Of a DNA stretch of 64,000 nucleotides, positions 25,189-37,672 are shown piece after piece. Where the stretch lies: the NCBI GenBank assembly GCA_958009085.1, contig OY253677.1:682001-746000 (forward strand), given 5' to 3'. The translations under genes and the position numbers were made by a program. Source of the DNA: Protoeuglena noctilucae. Taxonomy: Eukaryota. The notes beneath the pieces were generated by a model, which was not told the origin of the DNA, made no database searches, and was given only the letters and a program-made list of their open reading frames with translations. The first letter of the stretch is position 1. Each line of letters opens with the position of its first letter.

Positions 25189-26265
25189 ATGCCGAACAGC
25201 GAGGAAGATGCGTGGCTGAAGGACTCGGTGTCTGGCCGTGGGCTTGCCACCGGGGACAACATCATAGTTCGGCTGAGCAAGGGGCAGGTGACGGGACGGC
25301 CCCGGAACCTGCCGAGAGCAACGAAGTCGCTGCGGCTGCAGACTACCCGGAATCTGCCTTAGATATAGCCCCCCAGAGATAAACACGCGGCTGGGTCCCT
25401 TGTGTCTCCGTGCAGACGCTGGAGGGCCGTCTCTTTGCAATGGACGAGCAGCAGCAGCTGATCGTCATTTCACAGGAGGGCAGAAACCCCATGGAGCAGA
25501 CTTTCAGGTCAGCAGCGTCGCCCAGGCGCACGGAGGCTGGTTGCTCCCGCTGGAATGCTCTCGCCGCCGCGAGCGCGCTCGTCGCACCTAGTCGCATCAC
25601 GCGTCCACAACGCCGTACTGATGAGCGTCCGAATGCGCGCGTCCGTCCTCCGCCCGCGCCGCAGAATGATGCAGCTCGACATGATTGAGGAGTTGCAGCT
25701 CATCGAGAGCCAATCCCTGGTGAGCGACGTGCAGTGGACTGCTTGACGCTTTGTGGAGCCTCGTGCCGTGCCGCGCCTGCCCCCGCTTGTTCCGTACTGC
25801 CCCTCCGAGCCTCGCAAAAATTTGTGGGCACGTCCGCGCAGATGCCGGCGATGGAGCGCCTCCCGCGCGTGGACGTGGTGCGGATGCGAAAGAAGGAAGC
25901 CATGGTGAGCGCGCCGCAGCGCCGTGCGAGTTGCCCGGCGCAGACCGGCGCAGACCGCGTTGCGCATCATAGTTCCCCCGCCTCCTGCGCAGGCCCTCGA
26001 GCGCGCACAGAGGGAGCTCGTGGCGGCGAACCCCGATGCGTCGCGGGAAGGCCAGCTTATCTTCCACGCCCTCTCGCGCACCATGGCGTGTTCCTGGCGT
26101 CCCGGGGCGGAGATCGCTGTTTTGGAGGACGTCGTCATCGGCCCGCCCTACACCGTCGACCAGTGCCGTCTTACAGGCGTCGGAGACAACGCCGCGGCGC
26201 TTGAGCGGGTCCGGAAGGTCCTCCACGGCGAGCGCAGCAAGCTGGGACTCTCGGATGTCGCATGA
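25189..26265 (+). CDS. LSM12: LSM12-like protein (LSm domain plus anticodon-binding domain)
   Basis: Five phase-consistent exons: IIVRLSKGQ|TLEGRLFAMDE...TFR|MMQLDMIEEL...|...LPRVDV...|...ASREGQLIFHALSRTMACSW...IAVLEDVVIGPPY...ALERVRKVL. Confidence 0.85.
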
Positions 26266-26746
26266 CGCCACTGAACCTGTGCGGCCTGTCCCGTCACCCT
26301 GGCGGCTTGACTCTGACGGACTTCCCCCTGGCCGGTGTGTCCTTCGCATGGCGGCCAGCCCTGTTCCAATCACCGTACCTTGGGCCCGCTGCAGCTTGAT
26401 TTGACAGAGAGAGGCACGTGTTTTTTATCATCGTGTGTCCGGTCGGCCGGGCCGAGTTCATTGAAATCGCGGTTGGCCACAGGGCGTAGGAACAGGCACG
26501 ATGCGAGTACCATCACCGCATGCTGCCGTTCCCTGCGCAATGACGCGCCCTCGTAGTAACGCGGGTTCCCGGCTCTGCACCAGGCTCGCCTCACGGCCGT
26601 CAAGCTCCCAGTCGCCGACCGCCGGCCCACAGAGGAGCGTGGCGCGGCTGGCCTTCGTGCCCCAGCTGCATTGACATCGACGCCCAGGGAGGTCCTCAGC
26701 AGCACATCCCGGAGAGCATAGAGCGCATCAGACACATCGCGCCGCT

Positions 26747-28740
26747 CCACATCGTCGGCCGACCCCACGCCCGCGACCGACGACTGGCCAGGCGGGCCTG
26801 CGACGTTGGCCCCTTGCAACGTGCTATGGCCGCGTGCGGGTGGCGAGGCCAGCCAGTGGTGGACGGGTGGTGGCTTCGTCCGATCGCTCGGCTCCCATCC
26901 GACTCGTCGCATCCCGCCGCGGACCGTGCGGTAGGACCTCATCGATGATCCGGGCCCCGCTCCTGGCACCGTCCGGCTGACGGGCGATGCAGGCCCCGGC
27001 AATCTCTCGGGCCCGTCCGCGCCTCGGGGCAGTCGCTGTGATGTACTCGCATCGGTGTCGTGGACCAGGTCGCGTCGCATCGGGCCAGCGACTGCGCATT
27101 TACGCCGCATTGATTTCAGCGGTTACGCAGGACCGGGCAGAAAGGCAGAGGCAGGAGAGGGGTGAGTGCGGGTGTGAACGATGCAGTGAATATCTTCAGG
27201 TGTGGTATGGGAGACACAGGGTGAGCGGGGAGGGACAGCGCGCTGGACGGGAGGGCATGGAAAGAGATTGAAATGCGCACTTTTGCGCACGCTCAATTTG
27301 GCCCCTGTAAATGCAGTCGGATGTGTGCGCAAGCGTGATGTGTCGTAGGTGTGAGCTTTGCTTCGGCTATAAGCCCGGCACGCCGCTGAAGGCTCCGCTG
27401 CAAGGCTGCGCAGTGTGCGTGCCTGTTCTGGCGCCGCGGTCCCGATTCGGGCTCCGCGGACGTACATTGCACATTAAATGACTTCTCTGCTATCGCGCGG
27501 CATCGCTGCGGCCCCGGCCGGCGACCCTGGGCGCTGTCGGTGCGTGCTGCAGTGAGCGATGGACGGGGTGAGTCGTGCTGGCGCCGGGGCGAGGAGCGCG
27601 GGGGGCCAGGAGAGAGCGCGGGTGATTGCGGGGTACGAGGGCGAGGGTGGGGCGGAGGAGCGGGAGGAGGAGCGGACGGAGGGGGGGAAGGAGGGGTGGT
27701 TGGTGGGGCTGGTGCACGTGCTGGGGCAGCCAAGCGAGGTGCGGTGGAGGGCGGCGTGGGAGGCGGTGGCGGGGACGGCGGGGGTGGGGGGCGCGGGGCT
27801 GGAGTGGGCGGAGGTGGAGGCGAGGGTGCGGGCGGCGGAGAGGGCGGCGATGAGGACGGTCCAGCCGGCAGTGACAGTGCGGGCAGGGCCGGTTCGGTGG
27901 GCGGGGGCGCCTGGCACGGGCAGGTCTGTGAAGGTGTGGACGGAGCACGATGTGGCTAAGGCAGTGGCAAGGGGCGGAGAGGTGGACTTGAGGGGAACGG
28001 AGGTCGAGCTGATAAGCGTGGTGGTGGTGGTGGCTTCGGGAACGGTGGCGACGATCTTCAACGGGACACTGCAGGTGTCGAGTGCGAACGCTTGGTTGGG
28101 CAATGGGTGCGCTTTGGCGGCTTTTAGTGGCGGGGAGCTGCGTCTGGAGGATGTGCGGGTGGTGGGGACGGGGATGTGCTGCGCGGAGGGCGGGCGACTG
28201 ACGCTGGTGGACACGCACGTGACAGACGCACCCACTATTGTGGTAACGTGTGGGGGCCTTGGAAGCAAGGCGGTGGTACAAGGAGGGTCCCTAGTGCGGT
28301 CCAAAGCGGGTAACGGGGTGCTATGCATCGATAGCGGGCAGGTGAGCTAGTGGAGGTGGAGATCGCCGACTGCAAGAAGGGTGGCGTGGCCTGTGAGGGC
28401 CGGGGTAGCAGGGTGATCATACAGGGGGGCCGCATCACGGGGTGCAAGGAGCTGCATGGGGTACTGTGCGAAGATGGCGGGCAGGCGGAGGTGCGGGATG
28501 TGGTCACTCGCGAATGCAGCAATTTCGGCCTCTGCTGCATCACGGGGAGCACCCTCAGGCACAGCGGGTGCACGGTGTCGGGATGTGGGTTGGAATCACG
28601 TGACAACTGCTGAGGAGGGCCACTGTGGCGCGCGCATGGAGGTGAGCGTGACGTGGTCTCACACATGCACCATCCTGAGGCACGTGCGTGTTGGGGATGG
28701 CGACAGTGGCAGCGGGTGCTGCGCAGACTACCCTGAGCTA
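26747..28740 (+). repeat. Duplicated cassette, copy A (inverted homolog of 40810-43780)
   Basis: Near-identical upstream block (for example TACTCGCATCGGTGTCGTGG...TTTACGCCGCATT...GGTTACGCAGGACCGGGCAG), plus the coding region and the post-stop region (ATGGAGGTGAGC...GTTG[G/A]GGATGGCG), are shared with copy B on the opposite strand. Confidence 0.9.
27559..28613 (+). pseudogene. Right-handed beta-helix repeat protein, copy A (2 repeat units; 1-nt frameshift near 28344)
   Basis: ORFs 27559-28350 and 28350-28613 align end to end with the intact paralog at 40951-42960. Copy A reads CAGGTGAGCTAGTGGAG where copy B reads CAGGTGGAGCTGGTGGAG, so one G is missing. This could be a pseudogene, a sequencing error, or a gene rescued by splicing. 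Confidence 0.7.
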
Positions 28741-28787
28741 CAGTAAAGAAGCCTTTCGGATTTGTCCGCAAGGAAACTGTCATCGTT

Positions 28788-31700
28788 TCAATTCATGTCA
28801 ACGTCGACACCCACGCCACTTCCCTCACATCCCAATCCCTCACGCAATGCCCCCGCCCCCCACAGGTCCCTGCCCGTCCCTGGAAGACCGGGCGAGGGAC
28901 CCCGTCCTCTCCGCATGCCTCGCGCCCGTCAACGTCACCATGATGCCTGGCAGGGCCACCTCTGTCGTCGCCTCCACATGCGCACGCTTCTGGGGGAGGG
29001 CGGGAAGGGAGCAGTGGTGGGTGGGAGGTGGGTGGTGGTTGGTGGGCAGTGGTGCGTAGTGGTGGGAGGTGGATGGGGGCGACAGAGCGGCAGGGGCGAC
29101 GGGGAGATGGAGCGGTGGTGGGTGGTGGATGGGGGCGACAGAGTGGCGGCGTTCGCATAGAACATCGCATTGCCATAGTCAACGTCCAGGTCTGCTGCGC
29201 TCTGAACGCCGTGCCTGCAAACGATCCTTTTCTCACTTTGACACACATATGCTTGCCCCTCAGGTCACATGTATACTGCCCTGTTCTCAGAGACACAGAC
29301 ACATGCGTGCCCCTCGAATCACCTGCATACAGTCCTGCTCTCAGATAGACACAGACGCATGCGTGCCCCTCCAATCACCTGTATGCGGTCCTCTTCCTCC
29401 TGTGAGAGACGCAGCACCTCCGCCAGCACGGGCAGCAGTGTGGTGGACGGGGGGATGACCCCCGTGGTCAGGCCCTGCACCAGGATGGCGCGCAAATACG
29501 TGGCGTCCAGGCCGTGGGCGTTGCGCTGGTGCTCCTGGCGAAGCTGCAGTGGAGGAGCAGGGGCGGCGGCGGTGGCGGGGGCGGTGGAGATCGCGAAACG
29601 CGACGTGGCGCTGCATCGGCTACGCATGCGAAAGCTGTGCAGTACATCATGTGTGAATGATAGACATGTAAAGTGTTTACATACACATTCATGAAAAGGC
29701 CAAGAAAGAACAGGGCAGTCTACTAGTCTCGTCTCAAGTAGTAATATCGGTGCTGGTCACGAGTGCAAGAGGACCTCGTGCCCTGCCACGGCTGCCGCGG
29801 CTGCGCCCTCGCCTGTGCCTGCAGCGCTGCGACTTGCTTCCTGGCTTTGTCCAGCTCCGAGGCAGACTCGGAGGCGGGTGCTGACGCTGCGGCCGCGCCA
29901 CGCAGACCCCCGGCGATGGTCGACAGCATGCTCTTGCTGCTGTTGGAGGGGCTGGGGGGCTCTGCGGGGGGAAAGAGAGAGAGAGATGGGTGCTATCATT
30001 GCTGTGACAGAGGCAACCAAAGCGTTGGTGCAGCTCCTAAGGGCTCTTTCAGTCGTCCTGTTGCACTCGCCGTGCTTACATCCCACACCCACTCCACCCA
30101 CCCCACACCCGCACCACCCTCACCCTTGCGGCTGTGCTCGGGCATCTCGGGCGGCGTGCCGTGCGGGTCGGCCTGGGTTGACGCCCGGGGCACCACCGCG
30201 GCCTCTGGGGGAGGGGCAGGCACGCGCACACCGTGGCTCCTCAGCAGGCCCTCCAGCCTCTCGATGTGGCGGTCCTTCTGGTCCATCATCGATCGCGCGC
30301 GCCACCTGCATTTACATATCATGAAGCACATATCATGCACATCTAAGTGAAGCACTGGCGATGGTTGTGCGCGGGCGCGAGGCTGTCCGTGGGTACGGGT
30401 AGGAGTGTTCGATGGTTGGCGTGTTGGCGGCAGGATGGTTGGCGATGGTCGAGTGGAAATGTGCAGGTAGTGTAATGGCAGCTGTTGCGCTCGGTGGGAT
30501 TCGAACCCGCGACCCCCGCCATCGCACCTGACCGAGGCCAGGTCCTCCCGGAGCCTGTCCAGCCTCTCCCGGTGCTCCTCCGCGTCCTCCTGGGCATTCG
30601 CGAGCTGGCGCAGGCGCTCCGACTCCGCCTCCGCCACCGCGCCCGCACGGAGCAGACTGCGTGGGAGGGCGACGTGCGTGGGCATGCATGGTAGGGTGGG
30701 CATGGCAGGGTGGTGGGCATGCATGGCAGGGTGGTGGACATGCACGGCAGGGTCACATGCATGTGTGCATCCCAGCCTGTTTGCACTGTTGCACTGCTGG
30801 GCGCTGTGCGTGGCATCACCCCACACCCCTCCCCCGGCCTCACCGCGCCTCCAGCGCCCCCCTCATCTCCTCCATCCGCTGCACCATGGCCTCCTCCCTC
30901 GCCGCCAGCTCCCTCTCAATCACGCCCAGACGCGCCCTTAGAGCCTCGACCTCCCGCGCCCGCTCCGCCGCGCGCCCCTCCGCCGCCCGCGCCCGCCCCT
31001 CGGCCTCCTCCACCCTCCGACTCATCTGCGCTTCGACTGCGTCCTGAGCCTCCGCCACGCGGCCCTGTGCCTCGGCCTCTGCCGCCTCCTCCACCCGCTC
31101 CACCAGCCGCCGCACCGTGCGGGGCCAAAGGGATCGATTCCCAGAGTCCCCCGCGTTCAAAAGCTGGTCCAATTCTTCCAGGAACGCCGCGCGGGCCTTG
31201 GCGCTCTTGCGGCGCTCGTCCTCCAGGGCACGAGCTGCGGGGGGGGTGGGGTAGGGTGGGGTGGGGGTGAGGGGCGATGAGGTGAGAGAGCAGCTGGGGA
31301 GTAAGGCGGGAGGTGTAGTCATAACGCCTGCCCTGGCAGCCCTGTCCAGCATCACCCGCCACCGTCACTGCCCTGTGCCTGCCCTCCCTGTCCCATCCTC
31401 TCTCTCATACTCTCACCCGCTTTCGTCGGCACCTCCACCCTCACTTCCCCTCCCTGTCCCCATCCTCTCTCTCATACTCTCACCCGCTTTTGTCCCCACC
31501 TCCACCACCATCGCCTTCCCCTGCCCTCCCAACCCCCATCCCCTCCCCACCACCACCCTCACCCGCTTTCGTCGCCTCCTTCTCCGCCACCCTCAGCCGC
31601 GTCTCCAGCGCGGTGATGGCCTCTTGTGCTGCCGCCAGCTCCGCCTGGGCCGCGTCCCTCGCCGTCTCCAGTGCGTGGATCTGGGACGACGCAGCGCCCA

Positions 31701-33838
31701 CGTTGCCTGCGATGGGAGGAGGAGGAGGAAGGGTGGCGTGCAGAGGTCACATGTCATCGCGACGGTAGCCAGTGGTAATAGACTGCACCATGTACCACAG
31801 ACATTGCAGTACCACAGTGCAACTACGCGAGAATGGATATCGCAGCATGATGATCGAGAGCGATGGGAGTAGCAATCTGAAACAACAGCACAGCAAGTCT
31901 TTCCCAATTACAAGTCCGCGCACCTCCCATCCCCGCCGCGGCCGCGTCGGCCTCCAGAGCGGCGATGCGCATCCGCAGATCGTCCCGCTCGTCCGCCGCG
32001 CCCGCCATGCCCTGCAGGTTGTCCGCCAGCTCATCGCGCTCCCTGCGTGCAGCAAAGCACGCTCTTGCTCTCGCTGAGTGCTAGTTCCCTCACATCACGC
32101 ATGCGCGCCTGCTCACAGACCGACGCTGCCGCTACCCTCGCACCCCACTCCCACCACCCAGTCACAGTCACATACACCACCCTTGCCACCGACACCCACC
32201 AACCACGCTCACCTCCTCATCGCCTCGAATCGCCCCTCCGCCTTCCGCGCCTCGTCTTTCGCCCTCTCCAGCTCCCCCCGCACCCGCGACAGCTCCGCCT
32301 CAAGCTCCGCCGCGCGGCCACCATCCGCGCCCTCCAGCGCCGCAGCAGACCCCACGCTGCCCTGCGGCTTGTGCTCGCCCCGCCGGAACATCCCCATCCC
32401 CATGCTCATCCCGAGGTTCACCCCGATCCCGCGCGACGCCGCAGGGGCGTCCTTGCCACCCTCGGCCGCTGTAGGGGCAGCCGCGCGCCCCGCCGCCGCC
32501 TTGCCAGCCGGGGCTGGCTGCTGCGATGAGGGGCCCCCCGCTGGGCCGGGCTGCGGCTGCGTCGCCAAGCGCGCGACGGGGCCCGCCTGGCCAGGCCTGT
32601 CGGGCGCAGGGCCAGCCGTCGCTGCACGTGGCACGCCCCCGGTCGCCACCGGCACCGTCGGGGTCGCTGACTCAGGCGCGTGCGCCTTGTCCGATGCCTT
32701 TGGAGCATCGTGAGGCTTCGATACCTCAATTGCCTCGTGCACCTCTCGGGACGTTGGCCCGTCCTGCGCCTGGGGCTCATGGGTGCCCTGCCCGCCCTGC
32801 CCACCCACCGCGCCATCCGTGTCCGCATGCGAAGGGGGCTCTTGCGTCACTGCAGCGGCCCCCGGCGCCTCCTTCGGCGACGCGTCGGTGACGAAAGCCC
32901 CGAAATCCATCAAATCGTCCTGCCCCGCGGGCCCAGGGACCACGGACGGCTGCGTCGACGTGTGATGCTGCAAGGCGGGCGCGGGGTCCGAGGATCCCTG
33001 TAACGAGGACCCCGCCGCACCGCCGAATGGGTCCGACGAGTCAGCGGCGTGCGAGGAAGCCGGTGCGAGCTCAGGTGCCCCCCCGTCCGCGAAAGTCCCA
33101 AAGTCCATCAGGTCAGCGGCGGGGACCGCCTCGACTGCCGCTGCATGCTGTGGGGTCGCGTCGTGCGAATGCGACTCGTGCGCGTGCGGCTCGGCCGCCG
33201 TAGCTGACAGTAAATCGCCAGGATCGGGTCTCGAGTTGGCAGCCGGGTCCGCGTGGGCAGGCGCGGCCGACCCCCGACTCAGGGGCGACGCGCCAGAGTG
33301 GTCGCCGGGGTGCCGGGGGTCGTGGGCCGCAGCGGGCCGCGGGGGCGTGGCGGGAGCGGCGTGCCGCGATGGCGCTCCGGGCTGCCCAGAGACCCGGGCA
33401 AGGGACGGGGAGGAACGGGGGTCAGGCGCAGCGTGGCCTCCGGACGTGCGGGCCTGGTCCGGCGTCCCCGCCTCGTCGCGGCGCTTTATGCGGTCCGTGA
33501 GGGACTTGGCGCCCTCGACCATGCCGGAGAGGCCCGCGAACATCGACGAAGACGCCGCCGTGGTCGTCGCTAACGACTTCCTGCACGCGGGACGGGTCGG
33601 GGCACGTGAGCTGCGCGCGGCAGCATTCTTATACATGCGACGAACGAGGGTGAGCCGTTGCGGGGACCGGCGGGGTCCGCAGGTCGCGCGGGCACGGCCC
33701 GGTGTGGCACGAGCGATTCCCTCCTCGCCTCAGCCACGTCGTGCCTCCCGCGCCGTCCCCCGTGGGTGCTTCAGCCTTCTTGTCCTTCGCCATGCCCCAG
33801 CTGCCGAACATGTTCTTCTTCGACGGCTCGTTGCTCAT
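28788..33838 (-). CDS. GRIP-domain coiled-coil golgin-like protein
   Basis: About 10 phase-consistent exons: a low-complexity N-terminus, long Glu/Arg/Ala coiled coils, and GRIP-like LDATYLRAILVQGL...LLPVLAEVLRLSQEEEDRI (29380-29543). Two GC-AG introns. The last exon is tentative. Confidence 0.75.
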
Positions 33839-34472
33839 GGGTCACGAACTCCCTGCGCGCGCATGGGACGAGCAGTCAGGCCAAGCGTGGGACGGATGCA
33901 GCACGGCGACTTGCAGAACGTACGATAGCAAGGGAGCGGGGCGCAGGCGCGGGCCGGCGGGCCACCTCTCCAATCTCGGGGGTCTCCCAAATGGTTACTG
34001 GGGCGCTGCCACGAAAGCGCCGCGGGCACGACGCCTCCGAACGCACGGACGACTCTGCACTCGACACGGCTTGCGCGTCGCCGGGATGCAGCCCGGTTTG
34101 CGTCCGCTTGCGAGAGAACTCTCTAAGTTTCCTTCACGGGTCTGCGGGGGGATCGTCTGGCCGACTTCAGAGCGAACGGCAGCTCGCACGCGCTGCAGAC
34201 GCGCCAACAGTGCAGGCTGGTCACGCAGCGCCCGCGAGTTCAAGCACATCTCCCGCGAACTGGCGCAGCGCCAGACAGCGCCAGCAATGCTGCTCACTGG
34301 AACGTGGCAGGCCAGGCGCGGTTGCTCAGATCTCTTCTTGATACTGCCTCATTCGCACCCTGCCTTCAATTTCCTCGCTCCTGCGGCCAATCGGGCAGCC
34401 TGTCCTTGAACACAGAGCACCTGCTTTGCGCCCGCCGTCCACATTCCTCCCGCGGCGGCCGACGCGCAGTTG

Positions 34473-37393
34473 ATGAAACGGGACAAGGAGGAGGCGGGGC
34501 TGGAGGGGGATGAGAAGGAGGTCAAGCGCGCCAGGCGAGGGCCCGGTCGTGGTCTGATGCTCGCTTTGTGTGCCGCGATGCGCGGCCTGGGGGGCAGCTA
34601 CCCTGGATGTTCGTCTAACATTTGCCCATAACAACGCATCGGAAGGGCGACATCGTCTGTAGGCGGGTCCAGCAGTCGGTAGGGACGCAGCAACGCACTC
34701 CGCCCCTTGATGCAGGCCCAATGCGGGGCCCGGCGGCGATGCTGGGGCCGCCGACGACGGGGAGAAGACCGACGTGCCGGGCGCACCGGCCGCCAGTGAC
34801 GACGACGAGCCGGTCATGGGCGTGACGCGATCCCGAGAGACGCGCCTCGGTCGGGAGTGCCCTTTCCTGGACACGGTTTCCAGGTGAGCGCGGGGAACTG
34901 TCCGCATCGCATGTATATTGACGAAACCAAGTCGCGACTGCGATACGGAGGCGCAGGACCTCGGCGCAGACGCGAGGGACGGCTTGGGCGCACGGCGCCG
35001 GCCCATAAGCAGCGCGAATCGCATCACCCGGGCCCGCAGAGTCAACCTGGACTTCGACTTTGAGAAATGCTGCAGCGTGTCGCTGTCCCACGTAAACATT
35101 TACGCCTGCCTCGTCTGCGGGGCCTACTTCCAGGGCCGGGGCCCCAGCACCCACGCCAACGCGCACGCTCTCGAGACCAACCACCACATGTTCATGAAGC
35201 TGTCGGACACCAAAGTCTACTGCCTGCCAGAAGTGAGTGGGATAAGTGAACTCGACGTCCCTGCACCCCTCGATCTGCAGCCTGACCCATGCACATGCCT
35301 TGTGCACCCTCACGCCCCATTGTGGCCCCATCCTGGCTGCTCCCTGCAGGGTTACGAAGTGATCGACCGCTCCCTGGACGACATCCGCGCGGTGCTCCGG
35401 CCGACGTTCACCAAGGACGAGGTGACCTGAGTGGCGCGCAGGGCGTGTGGGGGGACACGGTGCATGGCGTGTGCGAATGCAAATGTGGGCGCTGAGCATG
35501 GGCTGAGGAGTTCTTGCAGATCCACGACTTGGACAAGAACAAGGCGTTCGCGTGGCGGAGGGCCATCGACGGCACGGACTTCATGCCTGGGCTGGTCGGG
35601 GTCAATAACATGAAGGCCAACGACTACGCCAACGTGGTCATCCAGGTGCGCTGAGTGTTGTCGCATGTCAGAGATGGTTGGGTTGATCTTGATTGTGACT
35701 CACGTGCCAGTGATACATGGCGCGCTGTGTGGGCGACTTCAACACTGTGGACGAGGCACGGTGCCCACAACCATCTGAGCCAATGCAGTGATCAGCACCG
35801 TTGCCCTTTCCCACCCTTGCCATGACAACAACATCACCCTTGCCACGACAGCGCCGTCGCCATGGAGTGATCGTGATTGTCACCCTCATCACCGTCGCCT
35901 GCTTCCCGCAGATGCTGGCGCGGGTAGAGCCCCTCCGCGTCTTCTTCCTGGACCCTTCCAACTACGCCTCCTGCAAGTCCCCGCTCGTGCACCGCCTGGG
36001 CGAGCTCCTGTGCAAGATCTGGAATCCGCGCAACTTCAAGGGGCAGGTGTCGCCGCACGAGTTCATGCAGGCGGTGATGGCGGCGTCGTCCAAGAAATTC
36101 GCCATTGATCGGCAGTCGGACCCCGTCGAGTTTCTCTCCTGGCTGCTCAACCAGGCGAGTCACGGGTCGCTGATGGGGTGACTGCGCCACTAGTTGGTGT
36201 CGATGTCGATATTCCACCTAATTGATGTCCATCCTGCGCCCGCCTGGGCTTGTCGAGCGCTGCGCTCGGACTGCAGCGCGAGTGACCATTGATGTGCACG
36301 TACAAGTGCCCATCAACTCCGACCATCTATCAATATATCCATGTGTTCTTCCATGGTCGCAGGTGCACATGGACTTGACGGGCGGCAAGCGCAAGAGGGC
36401 GTCGGTGATCACCGACACATTCCAGGGCGAGGTGGAGGTGACGACGGAGGCGGGGACGGGCGCGGCAGCTGGGTCAGTGGAGGACGTCGTCGATCGCGTG
36501 CCCTTCCTGCTCCTCTCGATGGACCTCCCCGTCGCGCCCGTCTTCCAGGACGTCATGGAGCAGAACATCATCCCCCAGGCGAGCCGCATGAGATGAGGCA
36601 GTGTTTTGTGATAGATGGGACGTAAACATCGGCGCTATGGGCGGCACGTCCTGGCCCGCCCGCGCCACCGCAGCGCCACTGCCTCGCCACCCTCCGCGCT
36701 CCCCTGTGTTCTCTCCAAACCCCTCAACCCCCCTTTCATCAGCTCGCCATCCTTTCGCGTAGTTTGCGTCGTCACCTCGCTGCTCACTGCGCTGCCACCA
36801 CAGGTGATGATCCAGGAGATTCTGCAAAAGTACAACGGCACGCGCGTGCTGGACGACGTGCGTATGGGGCGGAGGAGGTACCGCCTGCTGCGCCTGCCGC
36901 CCGTGCTGCTTGTCAATGTGCGACGCTTCACGCACAACAAGTTTCTGCTCGAGAAGAACCCCACCATCGTCAACTTCCCCATCAAGAACCTCGACGTCGC
37001 GGAGCACGTTCCAGGCGAGGGGGCGATCGTGCAGTGGGGCCTGCCGTGGCCGCTGTGCAGCACGATCGCATCCCTCGGCAGTAGCCTGGCTCGCGTCTGA
37101 CCCATCGTCGCGAGCCCTAACGTGCAGTGCGTGGGGTGGCGTCCGCCAAGTACGATCTGGTGGCCTCGGTCGCACACGAGGGCCCCACGAAGGTTCAGGC
37201 GGACAAGACGGTGCGATGCATGCCGGGGACGTGGCGGGTGTTCGTGCACAGGAGGGTGGAGGACATGTGGTACGAAGTGCAGGACCTGGCGGTGACGGAG
37301 GTGCTGCCGCAGGCCGTGGCGCTCTCCGAGGTCTACTTGCAGTGCTACGAACAAAAGAGCGTCGTGCCGGAGGGGGCGGGAGCCGGGTCGTGA
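34473..37393 (+). CDS. USP39: U4/U6.U5 tri-snRNP protein 2 (USP39/Sad1): UBP zinc finger plus inactive USP domain
   Basis: CPFLDTVSRVNLDFDFEKCCSVSLSHVNIYACLVCGAYFQGRG, PGLVGVNNMKANDYANVVIQ (no catalytic Cys), KIWNPRNFKGQVSPHEFMQAV, NIIPQV, EKNPTIVNFPI, WYEVQDL. Eight introns, four of them GC-AG. Confidence 0.96.
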
Positions 37394-37672
37394 GGCGTGG
37401 CGCGATGCGCGAGAGCGTGCGCTGCGATGGGTTGTAACTGCTTTGGATTTGTCGACGACGCCGACTTGAGCGTTCATCTCGCGCGCCCGGACGCCTCGCG
37501 GCTGGAAACCCTAAGTGACGTGCCAGACCCGCTGGGAACCACGCGAGGCGATTGCCAGGCCCGATTGCCAGGCTCTGCTACATCTCGTGAAAGCAAGTCG
37601 TGCATCTGCGTCTTGAAAGAGACAAGCCGGCGAGCCAGACGGCCCGGCAGGCGCACCACATGCGTGCGTGCG

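Noticed and set aside
26370..27110. 246-aa minus-strand ORF as a real gene
   Set aside because: The homologous copy at 43415 shifts frame after about 37 codons, the composition is Arg/Pro/Ser-rich, and there is no motif.
27478..27560. In-frame upstream ORF ending in TGA (readthrough or Sec), or an F-box-like exon for the beta-helix gene
   Set aside because: Copy B has an extra stop in the upstream ORF, and no phase-compatible acceptor exists for the ATLGAVGxCC frame. A 5'-UTR intron explains the conserved sites better.
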